Shown here: positions 19,672-29,239 of the stretch, piece by piece
Layout of the letters: every line of letters starts with the position of its first letter
How positions within the stretch are numbered: position 1 is the first letter of the stretch
Origin: Desulfobacteraceae bacterium UBA2156
GTDB lineage: Bacteria; Desulfobacterota; Desulfobacteria; Desulfobacterales; UBA2156
NCBI GenBank assembly: GCA_002328165.1
Contig: DCWS01000032.1
Location: 1,673-65,672, forward strand
DNA length: 64,000 nt
Direction of reading: 5' to 3'
Position numbers and translations under genes: made by a program
The notes under the pieces: generated by a model
Databases searched by the model: none
Told to the model about the DNA's origin: nothing
What the model saw: the letters and a program-made list of their open reading frames with translations, nothing else

Positions 19672-21717
19672 TTAGGCATTGCCGGAATGCTGATAGCAGA
19701 TCAGCCCGCATTGAAGGCATCTTTTTGATTCAGCATCAGCCATTTCTTCTGTGAACCCCTTTTCGATCTCCTGAAATACGGAAGGATCTTTTGCATCGGA
19801 GAGCGGCATGATTTGGCGTACGCCTTCAGCAACGGCTTCAACATGATCGACATTCTGTACATCAGATTCCCGGGCGACTACAATTTCAGAAACCGTTGGT
19901 GAAATGCCATACATCAACAGGTGGATGGATGCGGCCGCCCTTCGCCCGGCACCGATTGCATGAATCGTCCCCTGAAAGTCGGTTAGCGTGTCACCTTGTG
20001 CGAGCAGGCCGGTTTCCTTGTGATATGCGGGTCTTTTGTAAGGTTCAAGGCCTTCCCAAAGAAGAGGCGCCTCCGCGGTCTCGGACGATTCCGAAGTTCC
20101 GGTTTCAGACCTTTGAAAAATAAGACCCGGAAAACGTCCCGATGCAATTAATAGGTTGTGCAGGGGGATGGCATATTTCGACAACGTATCCAAATCAACA
20201 TATTGCAGTTCCTGAAGATCGTCTCCTTCACCGGAAAGCCTGACAACTCCCGTATTAAAGATGACCTTTATATTTTTTTGGGCAAGTGCCTTGAGACGCT
20301 CCGGATCCAGGGCTCTGGTTTTCATTGAACTTCTGAACAGGATTGTTATATTTTTTGCGCCATTATCCTTACAAATACCGGCAGTTTCAAGAGCAAGCTC
20401 TCCCCCACCCACAATGACAATATCGGATTTTAAAGAAAACCGATCCGGATGTTTTATAAAATCCATGAGCAAAATGGTACCGGGGATCGGTTCCTCAATA
20501 TCCGATTCATTCCGGGTCCCACCCAACCGGGAAAGACGGCTATCCCATCCGCCAAGGGCAAGAAATACCGATTCAAAGCCCTCTTTCAAAAGGGAGCTGA
20601 CGGTGAAATCTCTACCGAGGATCTTTTCGGTCTGAACATTCACGCCCATTTCAAAGATACCTTCTATATCCCGGTCGAGGATCTCATGGGGAAGCCTGAG
20701 AACGGAAATGGCATACCGGAGCAATCCTCCCAGGTTCGGGGTTGCTTCATAAACCATTGGTGAATGCCCGAGGCGGGCCAGGAAAAATGCAGTGGATAAC
20801 CCCTCAACGCCGCCACCGATGATAGCAATTTTTCGATGGGTTGCCGGTGCCTTGAAGGGCAGAATTTTATGGTCGATCTCTTTTTCAACATCAGCCGCGT
20901 ACCGCTTCAGGAAATTGATCGCCACAGGTTCATCAATATATTTCCTCCTGCACTCGTTTTCACAGGGACGGGGACAGATTCTGCCGATGACGGCGGGGAA
21001 GGGATTTCGTTCCTTAATGACCTGAACCGCCTTTAGATGATTACCCAAAGAGATCTGCTTGATATACTCCCGAATGTTGATTCCCGCGGGACATGCCCGT
21101 TGACAGGGCGTGGTGCACTCGTCCGTTGTATACTCCCGCATGATGCGCCGGGTAACCGAGGAGAGGGTTATGATATGTTTGGGACAGATATTTTCACAAA
21201 CACCACATCCGGTGCAACGTTGTTCGTCGACCGATGGCAGCCCGTTCTCTTTCATGGTAATGGCATTAAAGGGACATGCCTTGGCACATGATCCAAGACC
21301 CACACACCCGATGGTGCAGACCTTCATCCCGCCGCTGAGAAGTGTTACAGCCCTGCAATTGCTCATGCCATTGTATATATATTTTAGATCAGCACCCGGC
21401 ACGCCGTAGGTGCAGGTGGAAGCGGCGATATCGGGTTCTTTAGCCTCAACAATTACCCCCATTATCTCTGCAAGAATATGGGCGAGATCCGCCCCCCCGG
21501 CTACGCACGAGTCCGCCCCTTTCTCGCCGGCCACAATCGCTTCTGCATTGGCGGCGCATCCGGGTAAACCGCATCCACCGCAGTTGGCACCGGGCAGTGC
21601 ATCTTTGATCTCCAACATTTTGGGGTCTTCAAAGACATAAAATATCTTTGATGCTGTCGCCAGGACAACACCAATGACAGCCCCCAATCCTCCCATTGTA
21701 ATCAACGCTTCTATCAT
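19672..21717 (-). CDS. RnfB-like membrane-anchored polyferredoxin fused to a GltD/NfnB-like FAD oxidoreductase
   Basis: N-terminal hydrophobic helix, LPGANCGGCG.PGC, C..GC.G.GSC, CTGCGVC, then PCQRACPAG, GRICPRPCE..CRR, IAIIGGG, RCLQCG. Confidence 0.88.
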   Translation of the reverse strand: MIEALITMGGLGAVIGVVLATASKIFYVFEDPKMLEIKDALPGANCGGCGLPGCAANAEAIVAGEKGADSCVAGGADLAHILAEIMGVIVEAKEPDIAASTCTYGVPGADLKYIYNGMSNCRAVTLLSGGMKVCTIGCVGLGSCAKACPFNAITMKENGLPSVDEQRCTGCGVCENICPKHIITLSSVTRRIMREYTTDECTTPCQRACPAGINIREYIKQISLGNHLKAVQVIKERNPFPAVIGRICPRPCENECRRKYIDEPVAINFLKRYAADVEKEIDHKILPFKAPATHRKIAIIGGGVEGLSTAFFLARLGHSPMVYEATPNLGGLLRYAISVLRLPHEILDRDIEGIFEMGVNVQTEKILGRDFTVSSLLKEGFESVFLALGGWDSRLSRLGGTRNESDIEEPIPGTILLMDFIKHPDRFSLKSDIVIVGGGELALETAGICKDNGAKNITILFRSSMKTRALDPERLKALAQKNIKVIFNTGVVRLSGEGDDLQELQYVDLDTLSKYAIPLHNLLIASGRFPGLIFQRSETGTSESSETAEAPLLWEGLEPYKRPAYHKETGLLAQGDTLTDFQGTIHAIGAGRRAAASIHLLMYGISPTVSEIVVARESDVQNVDHVEAVAEGVRQIMPLSDAKDPSVFQEIEKGFTEEMADAESKRCLQCGLICYQHSGNA

Positions 21718-21763
21718 TTAATACTCCCAGCTCCCAAATTTTTTTAATGTTATGGGTTTGAAG

Positions 21764-23551
21764 TTAAAGGATAGCTTTAAACTTGCATTTTTCGTAGCAG
21801 GTGAGACACTGGGTACATTTTTCCTTATCGATTTTGGCAACCTCCTTCTTTTTCCAGGAGATGGCGTTTGATGGACAATTTCTGAAACAGATGCCGCATT
21901 TCGTACACAAATTCGGATCGATCTCAAATTTTAAAAGGGCAACACAACGCTTTGCAGGGCATTTCTTTTCATACACGTGGGCATGATATTCGTCCATGAA
22001 ATATCGCAATGTGGAAAGAACCGGATTTGGGGCTGTTTGCCCGAGCCCGCACAGTGCAGACGCTTTGATCACATCCGAAATTTGATCCAAAGCAACCAAA
22101 TCTTCGGCTTTTCCTTTTCCGTTGCAAATGTTTTCCAGAATCTGTAGCAAGCGACGGGTTCCTTCACGGCAGGGTGTGCATTTCCCGCACGATTCATCCT
22201 GGATAAAATCCATGAAAAAACGGGCCATATCGACCATACACGTGTTTTCATCCATGATAATCATTCCGCCGGACCCCATGATGGCTCCCAACTTGACGAT
22301 TTCCTCATAATCCACAGGTGTATCCAGATATTCTTCGGGCACACATCCACCGGACGGCCCACCCAGTTGAACCGCCTTGAACTTCTTTTTATTCGGTATG
22401 CCTCCGCCGATGTCGTAAATAATGGTTCTCAGCGAAATTCCCATCGGGACCTCAACGAGTCCGATGTTTGCCACATCTCCGGAGAGGGCAAACACCTTGG
22501 TTCCCTTGCTGGTCTCGGTTCCGATACTGGCGTACCATTGTCCCCCGTTTAAGATGATCTGGGATACATTGGAAAAGGTTTCGACATTGTTTAAAACGGT
22601 CGGCTTCTCCCATAATCCCCGAAGGGCGGGAAACGGTGGACGGGGTCGCGGCATTCCCCGCTTTCCCTCGATCGATCTCATCAGGGCTGTTTCTTCACCG
22701 CATACAAAGGCGCCTGCCCCCTGGTAAATATCGATGTCAAAATCAAAATCGGATCCGAGGATGTCTTTCCCTAGGAGCCCATACTCCCTTGCCTGTTGGA
22801 TGGCTATACCCAGTCTGCGGATGGCCAGAGGGTATTCCGTCCTTGCATAGATATACCCCTGGTGGGAATTGATGGCCCGCGCTGCAATGATCATCCCCTC
22901 GAGAACCGCATGGGGATCTGCTTCCAGTATACTTCGGTCCATGAAAGCCCCGGGATCTCCTTCATCCGCGTTGCACAGCACATACTTTATGTCGCTCGAA
23001 TTTTTGCTGGCAAATTCCCATTTCAAACCGGTTGGAAATCCAGCACCACCGCGACCCCTGAGCCCCGATATTTTCATCTCTTCTATGATCTGATCGGCGC
23101 TCATTTCATTGATCGCTTTGGCTGCACCAAAATAGCCGTCCCTAGCGATGTATTCATCGATAACTTCCGGGTCCAGTGCGCTCTTGTTTCGCATAGCCCA
23201 GAACACCTGGTGCTGGAAGAAAGGGATTTCCTCCATGTTCGGGATTGTTTCTTTGGAGGCGGGCTCCACGTAAAAAAGCTTTGGAACCGGGCGGCCTTTA
23301 AGAAAATGTTCTTCCACCAGGTGGGTAACATGCTTGGTTCTGAGGTTCTGGTAAAATATTCCTTCAGGCTGGACGAGCATCACCGGTCCAACAGCGCAGA
23401 ATCCGTTACAACCGGTCTCGATGATTTTTACCTCTTCGACAAGACCCTGACTTTCAAGCTCTTTTTGTAAAGCCTCCCGAAAGGCTCTAGTTCCGGTAGA
23501 GTGGCACCCGGAACCACCGCACAGCATCAACTGGGTTCTCGGTTCATTCAT
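21764..23551 (-). CDS. NADH/FMN-binding NuoF/HydB-like subunit
   Basis: Start MNEPR; N-terminal 2Fe-2S, GLRGRGGAGFPTG, NADEGDPGAFMDR, GAGAFVCGEETAL, ESCGKCTPCREG, two C-terminal 4Fe-4S. Confidence 0.93.
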   Translation of the reverse strand: MNEPRTQLMLCGGSGCHSTGTRAFREALQKELESQGLVEEVKIIETGCNGFCAVGPVMLVQPEGIFYQNLRTKHVTHLVEEHFLKGRPVPKLFYVEPASKETIPNMEEIPFFQHQVFWAMRNKSALDPEVIDEYIARDGYFGAAKAINEMSADQIIEEMKISGLRGRGGAGFPTGLKWEFASKNSSDIKYVLCNADEGDPGAFMDRSILEADPHAVLEGMIIAARAINSHQGYIYARTEYPLAIRRLGIAIQQAREYGLLGKDILGSDFDFDIDIYQGAGAFVCGEETALMRSIEGKRGMPRPRPPFPALRGLWEKPTVLNNVETFSNVSQIILNGGQWYASIGTETSKGTKVFALSGDVANIGLVEVPMGISLRTIIYDIGGGIPNKKKFKAVQLGGPSGGCVPEEYLDTPVDYEEIVKLGAIMGSGGMIIMDENTCMVDMARFFMDFIQDESCGKCTPCREGTRRLLQILENICNGKGKAEDLVALDQISDVIKASALCGLGQTAPNPVLSTLRYFMDEYHAHVYEKKCPAKRCVALLKFEIDPNLCTKCGICFRNCPSNAISWKKKEVAKIDKEKCTQCLTCYEKCKFKAIL

Positions 23552-23601
23552 TCTTTCACCTACATTGATATCGGGCTTTTTTGTCGTCTGTATCTTTGGG
23601 T

Positions 23602-24096
23602 CTATTCGTACTTTTCGAGAATTTCGACAGCGCGGTCCGAGGACAAAGCGCCGTATGTGTCCTTGTCGACGATCATCACAGGTGCAAGCCCACAGGCGCC
23701 GAGGCATCTCACGGCCTCTAAGGAAAAGCGTCTGTCTTCAGTTGTTTCGCTGTCTCCTATCCCATATTCAAGGTGAATGCGGGACATGATCTGCTTTACG
23801 CCTTTGACATAACATGCGGTGCCCAAACACATTTTTATAGTATGGCGACCTTTGGGTTCCATGGAAAAAAGCGCATAGAATGACGCAATACCGAAGACTT
23901 CGCTGGGTGCTATATTCATGCCGTGGCTGATATAATCGATCAGTTCAACCGGAAGATAACCGGCCATATCTTGACACTCTCTCAAAGCAGTGATAATCGA
24001 GCCCGGTCTGGGTCGGTTTACGGCGATAATCTCATCGATCTTGTCAAACATATCGTTTGAAATATCAGGATGTTGGGGCCTTTCAACATGTGCCAT
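23602..24096 (-). CDS. NuoE/HydC-like 2Fe-2S subunit
   Basis: GYLP, CLGTACYVKG, CLGACGLAP. Confidence 0.93.
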   Translation of the reverse strand: MAHVERPQHPDISNDMFDKIDEIIAVNRPRPGSIITALRECQDMAGYLPVELIDYISHGMNIAPSEVFGIASFYALFSMEPKGRHTIKMCLGTACYVKGVKQIMSRIHLEYGIGDSETTEDRRFSLEAVRCLGACGLAPVMIVDKDTYGALSSDRAVEILEKYE

Positions 24097-24450
24097 GAAC
24101 GGATCTCCTAAGGTTATGGTGGATTAACTGGTAAATATCCGTTACCGGGGCTGGGGATTTAAATCGATTAGATCCCTTGCAAGTGTCTTTTAATCGAAGT
24201 GATTAAAAAATGCAAGGGGGTATTAAAAACAAAATTATCTTAAATCTAACCCACAATCCGCCGAAGCGTCTCTTAGGGCTTTGCCGGTTATTTAGTTTAC
24301 ATTGACATTGAAAAAACTGGTATCTTATATACATTATTAGTAAAAACAGATTTGATTCACTTCAATGATTTTCAGCAGATCAGTGGCTTCATTTATTTTT
24401 TCGGAGCAACACCCATGGTCTGACCGGCGGATTTTTTTGGATTCTGTAAA

Positions 24451-24540
24451 ATGAAATTATCTGAAATCGTTGATGTTTTGGATGCCTTGCTTATTGTCGG
24501 CGAAGATCAGCTGGACAAGGATGTTCCCACCCTCTGGTGA
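24451..24540 (+). pseudogene. DRTGG-domain protein N-terminal stub
   Basis: MKLSEIVDVLDALLIVGEDQLDKDV followed by an abrupt stop. Confidence 0.6.
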
Positions 24541-25184
24541 GATTCCATGTGGATAAGGTTCTGGGGATCAACGATGTGTATGCACAACTGAGCCAGAAAA
24601 TAGAGCAAATTTATAAGGCCGACCAGATCCCTGTCCCCTGGAATACATCCGGCAGTTTTTCCGTTGGGAATAGCCTGAGGTGGGCGGTATCCGGGGAGGA
24701 GATTGTCAGCATCGATATCGATCGATCCCGGGCGGTTTCAGGATTACAGGAAGTAATTTCTTGCCTTGAAAAAATTGAGATGGGTCTGTTCAGCGACGTC
24801 GAGTATATTGAATTCAGGTCGTGTTCCGAGGGGTGCATCGGAGGAACCCTTACCGCCATCGATAAATATGTGGCCAAGAGCGCGATTCAAAAGATGATCC
24901 GGAAGTTTAACCCTAAAAGACACCTGCCCAGGGAAAAAATTCTCCGCCTTTATGAAAAGGGCCGTTTTATGTCGGAAATTAATCCATCCAAGCTGGCGGG
25001 GTTGTTTGATACACTCAACGAGCCGCTTTCGATTGAGTCGCTTCAGGAGATAGACATGCTTCTGGAGCGGATAAATGGAAAAGATTGCGGGGCGCCGGAT
25101 TGCCGGACATTTGCTGAAGATGTCGTGAGGGAAAGGGCATCACAAAAGGATTGTTTTTTGATCGGTGCACGTGGTAAAAGATAG
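24537..25184 (+). pseudogene. C-terminal fragment of an [FeFe]-hydrogenase-large-subunit-like Fe-S protein
   Basis: WA.SGEE, VSGL.EVI..LE.IE, IEFRSCSEGCIGG.L; terminal Fe-S motif shortened to DCGAPDCRTFAED; N-terminus missing. Confidence 0.7.
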
Positions 25185-25250
25185 GCGAGTCTTCGCACTC
25201 CCTAGCTTGTCAAAGCGCAGCGAAGATCCCGGCTGCGGGGTTCTTCAAAC
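25185..25250. repeat. Small dispersed REP-like element, copy 2
   Basis: TCTTCGC...GCGAAGA inverted repeat; similar to 12051-12110. Confidence 0.65.
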
Positions 25251-25291
25251 CGGTTGTAATTCGGATATCTATCTAAGAGGGGTGGTGTAAA

Positions 25292-25639
25292 ATGACAGTC
25301 AAAGAGTTATCTGATCGATTCGATGTCCAGGTGGTTGCAGGAGAAAAGGGATTGAATCGTCCCATCGATGGCGGATATTGTGGCGATCTTTTGAGCGATG
25401 TCATGGCCAATGCGCCCCAGGGGTGTATCTGGTTGACGGTCCAGGGCCACCAAAACGTGGTCGCCATTGCTGTTTTGAAGGAGATGGCAGCCATTGTCCT
25501 AACCGGCGGGCATGAACCCGATCCGGAAACGGTGGAAAAGGCGGGTGTGGAAGGAATTCCCATTCTCGCGTGGGAAGGGTCAGCCTATCATCTGACTGGA
25601 CTCATCCATGCGGCCGGTGTCAGAAATTCAGATGGTTAG
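25292..25639 (+). CDS. DRTGG-domain protein
   Basis: GGYCGDLLSDVMANA.QG.IWLTVQGHQNVVAIA. Confidence 0.9.
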   Translation: MTVKELSDRFDVQVVAGEKGLNRPIDGGYCGDLLSDVMANAPQGCIWLTVQGHQNVVAIAVLKEMAAIVLTGGHEPDPETVEKAGVEGIPILAWEGSAYHLTGLIHAAGVRNSDG

Positions 25640-25699
25640 AATCCATAGTGGGAAAGATCTGCTGTCATTTGAAAAGGGAGCTCTAATCGGGATGTCACT

Positions 25700-26299
25700 G
25701 CAGCGGAAAACGCCGGTGCGGCCATCAGGTCGGTAAAATCAGATCGACTTTGTGTCATACCGGGGATGGAGATCTGTTCCAAGGAGGAGGTTCACATTCT
25801 TGTCCTTTTTGGAGAATTGGAGCAGGCGCTGGTCGTGCAGCAGCACGTTTATGGCCACCTGCCGGGACAGAACGAAGCCAAAGTGTTCGGGTATCAGATT
25901 ATAGCGGATGAAAACGATGAAGTTCTCGGGGAGAGTTCCCGATTACTCATCGGCGCAACCGAATTGGGACTTCAGGAAATCGTAACCAAGGCCCGGTCAC
26001 TCGGCGGGGTTACCATCGCTTCCCATGTAGACAGACCCGCTTTTGGTATTATCGGCAAGTTGGGCTTTGTCCCGGATGACCTTCGGATCGACGGGGTGGA
26101 GATATCGTACCGGATACCATTGGAAACAGCGTGTGATAGTATCCCCGGAATCAAAGATTTTCCGTGTGTGACTTCCTCAGATGCCCACTGTCCGGACGAC
26201 ATCGGCAGGGCATGGACCTCCTTTCTGCTGGCCGCACCAACGGTAGAGGAAATCCGCCTTGCGTTGAAGGGTGAAAAGGGGAGAAAGGTAGGGATCTGA
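25700..26299 (+). pseudogene. PHP-domain phosphoesterase, N-terminally damaged
   Basis: AAENAG...VIPGMEICSKEEVH, ASHVDR, SSDAH present; the N-terminal DLHIH/CLSPC and DHN motifs are absent. Confidence 0.7.
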
Positions 26300-26902
26300 T
26301 TGCGGGAGATTTCTCTTCACATTCTGGATGTGGCGGAAAACGGCATTACAGCCGGGGCCAGTTGCATTCAGATCGTTGTAGAAGAGGCCCGGGCAGAAAA
26401 CGTTTTGAAGATCGTTATCCGGGACAATGGAAGGGGAATATCTTCTGAAAAAATCGACAGGATTACCGATCCCTTTGTGACGACTCGAACCACCCGCCGG
26501 GTCGGTTTGGGCCTTTCCCTCCTAGAGGCAGCTGCCCGCCGCTGCGATGGGGAAGCGAAGATCGAATCCGAACCTGGTGCAGGAACCGAAGTTACGGCTG
26601 TTTTTCGGTACAACCACATCGATCGGGCGCCGATTGGTGATATGGCCGGTTCGATCACCACGTTGATTGCGGGCAACCCGGACGTTGATTTTATATATGA
26701 CCATTCGGTGGACGACAGACATTTTGGCATGGATACCCGGGAAATCAGAAAGGAACTGGAAGATTCCTTTCTGGCCGACCCGGCAGTGATTTATCACCTG
26801 GCACAAACGATTCGAAAGCATCTCAACCGACTTGATCAAGGTCAGATGAATTCAGAAATGGGAGAAGAAGGAAATGGCAAAATTGACGATAGAAGATCTT
26901 AA
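26300..26902 (+). CDS. HATPase_c ATP-binding protein
   Basis: MREISLHILDVAEN, DNGRG, DPFVTTRTTRRVGLGL, HIDRAPIGD. Confidence 0.9.
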   Translation: MREISLHILDVAENGITAGASCIQIVVEEARAENVLKIVIRDNGRGISSEKIDRITDPFVTTRTTRRVGLGLSLLEAAARRCDGEAKIESEPGAGTEVTAVFRYNHIDRAPIGDMAGSITTLIAGNPDVDFIYDHSVDDRHFGMDTREIRKELEDSFLADPAVIYHLAQTIRKHLNRLDQGQMNSEMGEEGNGKIDDRRS

Positions 26903-27242
26903 GCGAATAAAAGAAAAAACCGCAAAGAAAATTTCAGTCAGGGATGGTACGGCCACAGCCAAAATAACCGTCCACATGGGCACCTGCGGTATTGCCGCCG
27001 GTGCGCGGGAGGTGATGGGCGTCTTGATGGAAGAGCTGACCAATAGCGGCCGTGACGATATCCGGGTGGTCAATTCCGGCTGCATCGGTATGTGTAGCAG
27101 CGAGCCGAATGTAACCGTTGAAATCGAAGGGGGCGAGCCGATCGTCTACCAGCTGATAAATTCGAACAAGATGCGCCAAATCTTCAAAAGGCATGTTCTC
27201 CAGGGTGAGATCCAGACCGATTTTGCCCTGGCAAAAATATAG
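26874..27242 (+). CDS. Thioredoxin-like 2Fe-2S ferredoxin (HydD/HndB-like)
   Basis: VHMGTCGIAAGAR, SGCIGMCSSEP. Confidence 0.9.
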   Translation: MAKLTIEDLKRIKEKTAKKISVRDGTATAKITVHMGTCGIAAGAREVMGVLMEELTNSGRDDIRVVNSGCIGMCSSEPNVTVEIEGGEPIVYQLINSNKMRQIFKRHVLQGEIQTDFALAKI

Positions 27243-27280
27243 CCTGTTTGGGTATTTTTTAACGATTAAAGGAGGTATGG

Positions 27281-28024
27281 ATGGTCGAGCTCGAATTTAT
27301 GAAAAATGTCGAAATTTTTAAAGGTGTGACAGACAGCCATCTTGCCGGCATTCATGATTTCTGCACCGAGAAAATTTATCGGTACGCGCATCGATTGTTT
27401 GCCGAAGGGGATAAGGCTTACTATCTGTGGATCGTAAAGGAGGGATCTGTCGATCTTCGATATGATCCGCCGGGCGGAGGTACTTCAGAAAAAAACACCA
27501 TCTCATCGATTTCAACCCAAAAGACGTTTGGCTGGTCGAATCTTGTTCCACCTTACAAATACAGATTGTCAGCCTACTGCGCCAATGAGAGCTGCCGGAT
27601 AATCCGGATAGAGAAAAATCAGCTTCTCAAACTGTTCGGCCAAAATTCAAAGATCGGTTATGTCATGATGTCCAACCTGACTGAAATCGTCGGTGTCCGA
27701 TATCACCAGCTGCAGGACTCCGCCTGGGTATCGCCCCACGCCGGGGTAAAGATCAGCGTGCATATGGCGACATGCGGCATTGCAGCCGGTGCGCGGGAGG
27801 TGATGAACGCCCTCATGGATGAAATGGCGAAGACCGATCGTTTGGATATACGCATAATGACCGCCGGGTGCATCGGGATGTGTGATAAGGGACCGAATGT
27901 GACGGTGGAGATCGAAGGGGAAGGTTCGGTGATTTATCAAAAAGTAACGCCGGACAAAATGTGCCGGATATTTAATAATCACATCCTTAAGGGAACGATC
28001 GAGACAGATCTCGTTCTCACCTGA
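27281..28024 (+). CDS. cNMP-binding domain fused to a thioredoxin-like 2Fe-2S domain
   Basis: LFAEGD.A..LWIV.EG.V, FGWS.LVPP..Y, then VHMATCGIAAGAR..GCIGMC. Confidence 0.85.
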   Translation: MVELEFMKNVEIFKGVTDSHLAGIHDFCTEKIYRYAHRLFAEGDKAYYLWIVKEGSVDLRYDPPGGGTSEKNTISSISTQKTFGWSNLVPPYKYRLSAYCANESCRIIRIEKNQLLKLFGQNSKIGYVMMSNLTEIVGVRYHQLQDSAWVSPHAGVKISVHMATCGIAAGAREVMNALMDEMAKTDRLDIRIMTAGCIGMCDKGPNVTVEIEGEGSVIYQKVTPDKMCRIFNNHILKGTIETDLVLT

Positions 28025-28062
28025 ATTGTAAATTTTTCCCCCAAACTTTAAAGGGGACCATC

Positions 28063-28536
28063 ATGATCAGTTTGGAATTTCTGAAAGATGTCGAAGTTTT
28101 CAAGGGCCTCAGCGGTGACCAATTGACCGCAGTGCAGGCGTGTTGCCAAAAAAGGGAGTTTAAACAAGATGCGAAGCTCTTTGGTGAAGGAGAGCCGACC
28201 GGCCATCGCTGGATTGTACTGGAGGGCCAGGTTGATTTGCGTTGTGAACTCCCGGGGTCGGTTCCATCCGAGGAAAACACGATCTCCTCCGTTTCGGCGG
28301 GCGGGGCAATCGGTTGGTCGTGCTTTGTGTCACCCTATCAATACCGTCTTTCGGGATATTGTGCTTCCGGTCAGTGTGAGTTGATTCGAATCGGAAAAGA
28401 GCGTATCATCCGGTTGTTCGAGCTGGATACCGGCCTCGGATATGTCGTAATGTCGAATATGGCCGCGGTTTTGTCGGTAGAAGATTTAATCGCCTGCAGG
28501 ATGAGATTGCAAGGCTCAGGGGCCAGCATGCCATGA
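28063..28536 (+). CDS. Cyclic nucleotide-binding domain protein
   Basis: FLKDVEVFKGL, LFGEGE, IGWS.FVSP..Y; paralogous to the N-half of 27281. Confidence 0.8.
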   Translation: MISLEFLKDVEVFKGLSGDQLTAVQACCQKREFKQDAKLFGEGEPTGHRWIVLEGQVDLRCELPGSVPSEENTISSVSAGGAIGWSCFVSPYQYRLSGYCASGQCELIRIGKERIIRLFELDTGLGYVVMSNMAAVLSVEDLIACRMRLQGSGASMP

Positions 28537-28569
28537 GCGGATGGTAACTCGAAGATTATCCGCAAGGGA

Positions 28570-29187
28570 TCAACGTCTTGCTACGTTGTGGGTCACCATC
28601 AACCGATCCAGGGTTTCGTATTGCTGAGCGCCGGGTAGGGATTGGCCATTGAATAGAAAAGTGGGAACCGCTCTGATTTCCATTTCGACGGCCCGTCGCC
28701 AGTCTGAACTTACCGCTTGACTAAATGATCTTTTTTCAAGGACGGTTTGCGCTTCTTTTTCGCTCAAATTCACCGATTTTGCAATATCCACAAGGATAGG
28801 AATTTTAGCGATGTTTTGTCCGTTGATGAAGTACGCTTTGAAGACCGCCAGATGAAATTCGTCTCCTTTGGATTTTGACTCAGCCCATTTCCCCAGTTCT
28901 TGCGCCAGACGACTGTTATAGGTTTCCTGGCGATCACCGATATCGACGCCAAAGTTCTTTGCGGCTGTTTTGAGACGGGATTTCATCTGGGGAATATCGA
29001 TGTTCCGGCCGGCAAAAAGCGCTTCCAGTGTGAGACCCTCCTCCGGTGTATCCGGGTGGAGCGGAAATGCCGCCCAACGGATTTGAATCTCATACACCCT
29101 CTTTAATAGTTCAATACTCCCGGTAATGAAATAACACCACGGTCAGATATAATCAGAAAATATTTCTAAAACAGGCGAAGGATTCAT
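28570..29187 (-). CDS. DsbA/FrnE-like thioredoxin-fold selenoprotein (UxxC)
   Basis: MNPSPVLEIFSDYI-TGA(29143-45)-PWCY in frame with the 175-aa ORF; FPLHPDTP, AVPTF, GAQ. Confidence 0.9.
29110..29130 (-). promoter_or_regulatory. SECIS-like hairpin of the DsbA-like gene
   Basis: TTCATTAC-CGGGA-GTATTGAA (one mismatch), 12 nt after the UGA. Confidence 0.6.
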
Positions 29188-29239
29188 CGGTTTTTCCTAT
29201 TCTCAAATTTTAAAAGGACATATAGATCATTGCAGTGGG

